This document shows positions 1 to 7,386 of a stretch of 15,676 nt of DNA, piece by piece; the stretch's first letter is position 1, and every line of letters begins with the position of its first letter. The stretch comes from Paraspadella gotoi (taxonomy: Eukaryota > Animalia > Chaetognatha), in assembly GCA_051294375.1 (NCBI GenBank), contig JBJCIZ010000080.1:1-15676 (forward strand), given 5' to 3'. A model generated the notes under the pieces. It saw only the letters and a program-made list of their open reading frames with translations, did not search any database and had not been told where the DNA came from. A program made the translations under genes and the position numbers.

Positions 1-272
1 AAAGTCTTAGGTACATTTCGTTGCCGGAACAAAGAAAATTAATTGATATCATAGTCTCAATATAGAGCCTTGAAATACCTCATTTTCTTCGTAATTTACC
101 CCTTTATTGATAAGAGCATTGTATTATAATAAAAAATGAAAACAATAATTTAACCATACAGCTACATGCATTAGCGTGTTATTGAAAGATTGTAGTTATT
201 TTTTAATAATTTTTTTTTATATTAATTTAGCTAATGGGCATTATGCAATGGTTTTAATTTTCACCTCAAGAT
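1..272. repeat. AT-rich dispersed repeat (host flank), inverted copy of 4041-4335
   Basis: Reverse complement aligns along its length with 4041-4335, e.g. gtcttaggtacatttcgttg (4-23) vs caacgaaatgtacctaagac, and aatttacccctttattgataa vs ttatcaataaaggggtaaatt. Many small indels. Confidence 0.9.
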
Positions 273-273
273 G

Positions 274-297
274 ACCAATACCAATACCAATACCAAT
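274..297. repeat. (ACCAAT)4 microsatellite abutting the LTR end
   Basis: Four perfect ACCAAT units directly before TGTTTTGAA at 298. Confidence 0.95.
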
Positions 298-987
298 TGT
301 TTTGAACTAAGTTCGGAGAGTGGTTTCATTGACTTGCTAACTTTTCCGGGCTAACTCTACGCCAAATAAAGCGTTGGTATTTGTGGCGTAATGGCGCAGA
401 GGAGACGATGGCGCCGGTCCATGACGCTCAGTGGATGAGGACGACAAAGTCTCGGCCACAAAGGCGAAGCCCAGGACTTAACAAATAGTAGTTTAAAATG
501 AAGTGTTTGAAGTGAAGTTGTAGTAAAGTTAGAAGTCCTGGGCAAAGAATAACAAAACATTTAATACAAACTCAGCAAATATATATATATAAAGTTTAAA
601 GAATCTTTCTTACTTGTTTCTGAAGCCAAAATAGTAACAAAAAGTTGCTTCTCTCACAGGAAAGTCCACCAATCCAGCAATTACCAAATAGTTTCTAAAA
701 ACTAAAGATTCCGAGATTTCTAGAGAACTAGAAAGTGCAAGAATGACAGATCTATTGGTTCATATCGATAAATCGTAATTAAAATCTATCGAAATCCGAT
801 GAACCAATCAGAATCCGCCACGGAATCTGTACTTAAGTATATATATAACAAAAGTCTAAATCAAAAGATGTCTCTGTAATCGCTGGAAAGCTGGCAATTC
901 TTGCGTCAGTAAAAAGGACAAAAGAGCATCGGGAAAAGGTGGAGAAGCTGGATTTCTTCGTGATATATAGATAGTTATTTCGTAACA
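298..987 (-). repeat. 3' long terminal repeat (~690 bp)
   Basis: On the minus strand it starts TGTTACGAA (987) immediately after GGGGGG and ends TTCAAAACA (298). The terminal inverted repeat matches 7/9 with TG...CA ends. It contains TATA/CCAAT motifs and ATTAAA (560-565, minus). The second LTR is not in the window, so the 298 boundary is less sure than 987. Confidence 0.75.
560..848. promoter_or_regulatory. LTR promoter cluster, possibly bidirectional
   Basis: TATA runs at 580-593 and 838-848; CCAAT boxes at 669-673 (+), 754-758 (-) and 804-808 (+, gaaCCAATcag); TATCGATA (DRE-type) at 763-770; ATTAAA poly(A)-like signal at 560-565 (-). Confidence 0.55.
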
Positions 988-993
988 CCCCCC
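988..993 (-). other. Polypurine tract (plus-strand DNA primer)
   Basis: Minus strand reads AGCGGGGGG directly followed by TGTTAC, a typical Gypsy PPT/LTR junction. Confidence 0.75.
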
Positions 994-1817
994 GCTATTT
1001 GGGCATGCCAAAAGCGTTCCAAATACCTGAGCATGTCTAGAAATAACAATCTAAAATATCCGGTCGCAGGGGGATGGAAAGTAGAGAAAGGAAGAATTTT
1101 AAAATGCTGAGTATGCAAAAAATGCGCCCAGGACTTACTTGTTAAGCCTAAAAAACGTTGCATACAGAAACATTCTTCTTATAAAACGGTCGAACGGACA
1201 GACGGGCAGCGACGACAGACGACAACTGACCGGCGCTAACCCTCCTCCACACGCGTTTTAATTCAAGTTTCAATGACGAGACGAAGAGGGTACAAATTAT
1301 CAAGTAGATTAAATCGTGCGAGATGGAATAAGCTACGATTAAGTCGTAAAATCTAATGAACTATTCGACCCTGAACAGAATTTTGAAGTTCGACTTGTAC
1401 GAACGGATCACGAAGACGGCCGAAGATACCGCTCATCTACCCCACGAAATTGCGAGGCGCCGTGTGACGATAGCCGAAACGTACGAACCTGACTCGCAAA
1501 ATAAAAAAGGAAAAATTAAAACTTGAAACGGCGCGCATCGGTTAAGCCGCAAGACGACCGAGAAAAACAGAAAACACTAAAAAACTGGACTTCATTCTGA
1601 CAATTTTAAAAAACGTTTGCCCGCTAACTGAAAAAGACACAATTTGAAATCCTAAAAATAAATTGACACAAGGCAGGGGGGAATGAAACATTGGGAGCTA
1701 AATATCTCTAACTGGCTAACTGACTATTTCAATGATTTTCGGCTAACTATCTTCGGGCATTATACAAAAAATACTGAAGCAATACTAAACATATATGCCT
1801 TATATCGAAGTACAAAG

Positions 1818-1934
1818 CCGGTTATAACTGACCCCGGTGGCCGACTTTGAACTTGATATACTAATTAACTTAGGTCGAATCGCGAAGACCGGTTGTAACT
1901 GACCCCGGTGGCCGATCTCCGAACTCGACATATA
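1818..1934. repeat. Direct repeat, 2 copies, 71-bp period
   Basis: ccggttataactgaccccggtggccgactttgaacttgatata (1818) and ccggttgtaactgaccccggtggccgatctccgaactcgacata (1889). Confidence 0.9.
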
Positions 1935-3306
1935 TTCCACCCGAATCTTTTGACGGCAGTCAACCGACGTCAGAAACGTGAATATTAGTGGCAGCCCGAA
2001 TTGTAAGGACAATACGGCACCGCCGGACCAATCCGAATTCCAAAATGGAACCGTAAAGGTAAACTAATGGTATTCGATCATGGCGAAGCGATATACACGC
2101 TTTCTGAAATCCATCTTTCTGCCCCCCGCAGGAACGAAATCGGATCTCGAAGTTAATGACGGACTGACTAGGAACGCCATCAACCCCTTGAACGTCAAAC
2201 GATCTTGGCGGAGCCAAAAGGTGAATTTCCCAATCTCGAACAACCGAAACCGAAAGACACAGTAAAAATCTTCAAAAATTCAAATTTTTCTTACCGCAGG
2301 TAACCGCATAAAGGATCGACACATACTTCAGGCACATCAGGCACGCACACAACATCCTTCAACGATCCTTGATGAAGACCTCCGATGCGAAAGACCAAAA
2401 TTTATGAAGATCTGTGAACATTCGTCTCCTTACCATTTTAGAGACGCACAACCGTACTACGACACGAAAAACCTTAGACTAATCCTACGGGAAAAAATAG
2501 AAAATTGAGACGAAATTTGAAAAACACTAAATTTTCGGATCAATCTATACTAAACGTAAAGGTTGTAACAATTTCATGAAATAAAATGAATTGACAAGCC
2601 TTATCTACCTTATGTCGTAGTAGGTTGGCAAAAGAAAAAATGTTAAACTAAACCTAAAAATGAAATCAATACTATCAAATACTAAACCCGAAAAATACGT
2701 AAAATTTAAAAATCAAATACACTAAGAAATATAATCAGTATCAAATAAGCGTTAAAGGAAGTTACTTTATTGAGTTTTATTTTTGCTTTTAAGCCAACCC
2801 TTGCCGACAGCAACAGCAGCCAATTATTTCGGCAAGGTAAAACTATAAGGACTACGGATGGGTTTTTATTTTTTTTAGGCTGAGACCCTCAAACCCTGCA
2901 AAAAGCAGAAAACAAGCAATAACATGGATTAAACCTTTTATCGCTGCTCCCTGTTCAGCTCCCTGCTATTCTTATACAGGGAGAAAAACATACAAAAATG
3001 AGGACGTTACAAAGTCCAAAAGATTACGGAACTAGCTGGACATGCCAAAGAAAGCCGTGACGCAAACGTAAGGGACGGTAAGTACATTAAAGTGGGTTTC
3101 GGTAAGGTTGTTTTACCGCTGAGGAAAAACGGTTGGTTAACAAAAACAACCCTTCGTTACCGATATTTCGAAAAACTTCGGAGTTCCGACGACTTACCCA
3201 ACCAACTTGAATTGAAGCACGGCTATACGCTAGGGAAAGCCGCCCGCCTGAAGCGGCGCGCAGGGAGACAGCATGGACAGGGTAGACCGTCGCTCGAAAG
3301 CCTAAA

Positions 3307-4830
3307 TTAGAAGACAAGTTATCTGGTCGTTTTATAATGTTATTTTAATATTTATTTACAATTTACTGATAGGAAATGATTGTCAATATTTGTTGATGTA
3401 ACATTTCAAATCCAATCGACCACGCGTTGAAAAATAATCTAACAAAAAAATGGTCATTTTCAACGCCCAATTTTAAAACAAATCTTGCGGTTCGTTAATT
3501 TCTTTTTTGGTTCACTTTAAATAGCTTTTGCCGGAGTGACTTCATTGTAATTAAAAAAATTGATTTTTCTTTGATATCTTTTTGAAACCAAAAATGAATC
3601 TAGAACGATGAGACTGGTTCATATTAAAGCCATTAATTATGGGGCATCTTTTCCATGATAATTTTTTCTCAATATTCCACGGATTTTTAAAAATTCTGGT
3701 TCGGAATCTTAGTTCAAAAGTATAACAACTTTTGTGAAATTTAAATTAATCACACTTGGCTGTATTTAAAAATAAATAAATATAGATTCTGAAAGAAAAG
3801 ATATTTATGTTTCTGATATAAACAAAAATTTTCTGATACCTCAAATGTTTATATAATTACTAAGGATAATGAATTATCATTTTTTGTTGAAACAAAAAAA
3901 ATTTAAAAAGATTCATGAAGGAACCTAAAAAATATGATTTAAATATGAAAATTTAGGAGTTCAAACTTTGTTTCCGTGTGATTTTAAAAACTACTGACAT
4001 AGGCTAAAAGGCTATATTATCAGATTTTTAAATTTTGTGTATCTTCAGGTGCAAATTTAAAACCTTTTGCATAATGCCCCATTTAGCTATATGTAATATA
4101 ACTATGTTTTTATTAAAAAAAAGATAACAATCCTTTTAATAACACGCAAATGGCATGTAGCTGTATTGGGTTTAAAATTGTTGTGTTTTTATTTTTTATT
4201 ATTAATCAAGGCTTTTATCAATAAAGGGGTAAATTCAAAGGAAAATAAGGTTATTTTTTCAAGGCTCCATATTGATACTTTGATATCAATTGAATTTTCT
4301 TTGTTCCGGACCAACGAAATGTACCTAAGACATTTGTAGTTTCATTAGCTAATCTTTATTTTTTATAATTTAAGGGCCATTTGGCAAAAACAGTTAAGAA
4401 ACAAAAATGGACAACAAATTTTGAGAAAAAAATTTGGATTAATTGCTTATTATTTCTTACAATTTGTCGTCAATTTATTTTTTCGTATTGTGCTTTGGAA
4501 AGTTAGGCTAAAACCCAACAGGAATCGGATCCAGTGCATTTGACCGCTGTATAATTTAATTTGACTATACAGTAAATACCGCAAAAAATAAAAAAAAATT
4601 TAAAAAGAATTCAGAACCAAGCGTCGTTTATTTCAGTTATTTTTAGTTCAAGACCTTTATGGATTTTCTTTGTTTCGGCGGCGTTGGATAGCCAAACACT
4701 GGCCAGTTCAGATCATGCATGTTTTTGTAATATTAATGCGCTACTGGTGCAAAAAATGCTAGGAACCAAAATTTATCAGAAACGCTTCGTTTCTTTTCGA
4801 TTTTTTTTTTTAAGGCGAGCGACATATCTA
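3307..4830. mobile_element. AT-rich insert, probably a non-autonomous DNA-element-type repeat (boundaries approximate)
   Basis: Abrupt change to very AT-rich, CpG-poor sequence without the A-skew of the flanks. No ORF. Contains the inverted copy of 1-272. CTAAA occurs on both sides (3302-3306, 4831-4835), a weak TSD candidate. Confidence 0.45.
4041..4335. repeat. Inverted copy of repeat at 1-272
   Basis: Direct alignment with the reverse complement of 1-272. Confidence 0.9.
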
Positions 4831-5557
4831 CTAAAGTTGTAATTTTTGCGCGTCGACTACCGAACTCCGTCCGTCAAGAGTATTTTCGGAAATCGAGCAA
4901 AAAATATTTATTAAGCCGAAAAAATGTTTAGGGCAAAACTACGAAAAATATAAAGTATCCAAAGAGAGATAATCTATATTTTCCTTTCCTACTCTAACTT
5001 GTCGCCTCTCCTCTGAGCTACCAAAATAGACAAAACCTGAATAAATACAAAAAATGGACGAATGGGGTGTTTTTAAGCCGTGGGGTGGTTTGCAACACCG
5101 CTCCGTTAGAAGGGTTTCGTCTTTCCGGTCTTGTCCTTGGCGGGAAAGACACGCTTTGGCGAGCGTTTGGTTTTTGTTCCCTCTCACTCAACCAAAAACC
5201 TTTGACCTTTGACTCAATTTCACCTTTTTCTCAACTCATACAAAAACCTAAAGACGAACGCCGACATACGTACAAAAGTGTGTGACGACGTCAAAGTTCA
5301 TACTTAAAAATAAAAAAACTTAAAAATTAAACCTGGTTTATTTCGTGGGTTAAGGGACTTAAATACTAAAAAACAAAATATAAAATTTTCTAAAAAAACG
5401 AACAATTATTTTTAAACCCTAAGGATTTCTAAAAATACTAAATATTTCATATCGAAAATTGGCCGTTCCCCCCGCACGAAACGGAGAGGAAAGAACCTGT
5501 TCGTACAAAAAGAAAAAATTTTCAAAAAAAATTTAGCAAAAAAATCGCTAAGTCCCT

Positions 5558-5685
5558 AAAAATACAAGGGAGAACTACGTTAGTAATACCTTTATCGGAG
5601 ATAATCGAGGCCGTTACAAAAAAATACCAAAGGGGAGAACTACGTAGTTAATATACGCTTTATCCGGAGATAATTCGAGCCGTAC
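5558..5685. repeat. Imperfect tandem duplication, 2 x ~60-68 bp
   Basis: aaaaatacaagggagaactacgttagtaatacctttatcggagataatcgaggccgttac followed by aaaaaaataccaaaggggagaactacgtagttaatatacgctttatccggagataattcgagccgtac. Confidence 0.9.
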
Positions 5686-7386
5686 GAACGATGAAAGTGA
5701 GGTTAACCTGCGAAAACCAAACATAACAAAAATAACAATATTACTCAAAAAAATAAATATTTATTTAAACTAAAAAATTTAAGAAAAAACGTAAGCACGC
5801 TCTATTCTCAGAAAATGTCCGCCGCACAAGCTTCTCTACGCCCGACGAAACCTCCGAAATTCTAGCTTTAACCCGAGATCGTTCGTCACGACCGGCGCCC
5901 ACTATGAACCGGAAGCGTCGTCCACGCAGGCGAAACCGAATGTTGGCGTGCATTTAACACGTGGGAAAATTTGGGGAAAAAATTCGCACGCAGTGAGAAA
6001 AAGGGGGCGTAGGCTTACGTCGCCATCGTCGGATGCATCGAAAACGATCCGATGGCCGCGTTTACTAAAAATTCCTTTACATAAACAAAAAAATTCTAAA
6101 AATTCCGAGACTTTTGAAAAAGGCAAAAATCGAGATTGAAAAAAGTCAAATTATTAAAATGGTCAAACGAGGAGAGGGGTGGTAGCGGGCCGACTTTCCG
6201 CGGCACGGACAAGCCCTCCCACGAACCTGCCCCCGCAGCCCATGGAAAAACACCCTCTCAGCGATGTTTTGTTTACCGGAACGGAGTCAAAGTAAACAAA
6301 ACAAGGTGAGACTCGTCACAAAGGCGCCCCTACGCCATCGAGTTAACGTAGTGCAGAAATATTCTCGCCGTTGAAAGAACCCCCCTCCTCGACCTAGCGG
6401 AGAGGAGAAGACGTCTGGGACGGAACCACTCTCAAACCCGGGGGGGCGCGGCGCCAGAAAGTTAATAATAAAGTTTCTTATGCCTTATGAAACGTCTTGA
6501 TGTTTAATGGTACCTTAATAAATAATCAAAGCATATGATATTCAGCTGTCTTACCGGCGAACAATTGTAATTCTATATGAATATTCAACAGTAAAAATAT
6601 AAATATTAATCACAATTATTCGCAAAGAAAAAGTAATAGACGCAATAGATCCAAATGTTAACAGCTCTTTCTTATATCCATTCAAAACGGAATGAGAAAT
6701 GTTTACACTCTTTATACAATATTAAAGTCTTTGTTACATGCAGCTTCTTTCCGCAGCGACGGACAGCAGACGACGGGCCCCGCTGACCGAACGGGCCGTA
6801 TTGAATAATAAGTGGTCGTCAGGACTTTACAGCTCCTCCCGCACCCACCAAGATCCTGTCCTCAGGACAAGCAGGGCAGCAGGGCGTATATTCTGGATGA
6901 CCATCCTTAACGGTAGCCATCTTGGATTTTTCATTCACTGACCAAGCTGTCTTCGACATCCGATGCTCTTATGTGCCACGCGGGATTTTAATAGAATTTT
7001 CATAAAGTACTCAACTAGTTGTCAAAGGATGAAGTTAGGATCTCTTTTTAATTCCGCTTTCTTTACGGCAAAACCAGAGTGGTACGGGTCCCCAGAAAAA
7101 GATAAAGATCATACTCCTAGTCCCAAGCAGAGGACAGGTTTTCAACAGTTATTTTATATGCCAAGAGATCATTTATGCATCGAAAAGAAATTGTATATGG
7201 GATCCCAAAAGAAATAGAAGAGGTATCCCATGCTTCCCTAGAATCGCCGGAGACAACAAATTTGTTAGAGTTCCGTAGTGTTCCTTCACGATTTAGTTTG
7301 AGTATTTTTTTTTTCTTGTCTATTGCTTATTACAGATACTGAATGAAAATGTAAACACATCGGCTATTCAAACAAAAGAAAAACAA

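Noticed and set aside
357-1163. Minus-strand ORFs 357-560 and 975-1163 sharing KSWA/HFK peptides
   Set aside because: The similarity is explained by shared short nucleotide motifs in LTR/UTR sequence; not credible proteins.
1818-1934. CRISPR-like repeat-spacer arrangement
   Set aside because: Only two copies, eukaryotic retroelement context, no cas genes.
3308-4833. Terminal inverted repeats for the AT-rich insert (tagaagacaagtt vs tagtagatatgtc)
   Set aside because: Only about 9/13 matching in AT-rich DNA; too weak to assign a superfamily or exact ends.
6440-6460. Minus-strand TGGCGCCGCG resembling a tRNA primer-binding site
   Set aside because: Not preceded by a CA-ended LTR, the adjacent sequence does not match 298-987, and the similarity to a tRNA 3' end does not extend past about 7 nt.
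988-7386. Hammerhead ribozyme in the 3' region
   Set aside because: CUGANGA cores occur (e.g. minus strand near 4042, 6816, 6859), but none has a stem II followed by GAAA.
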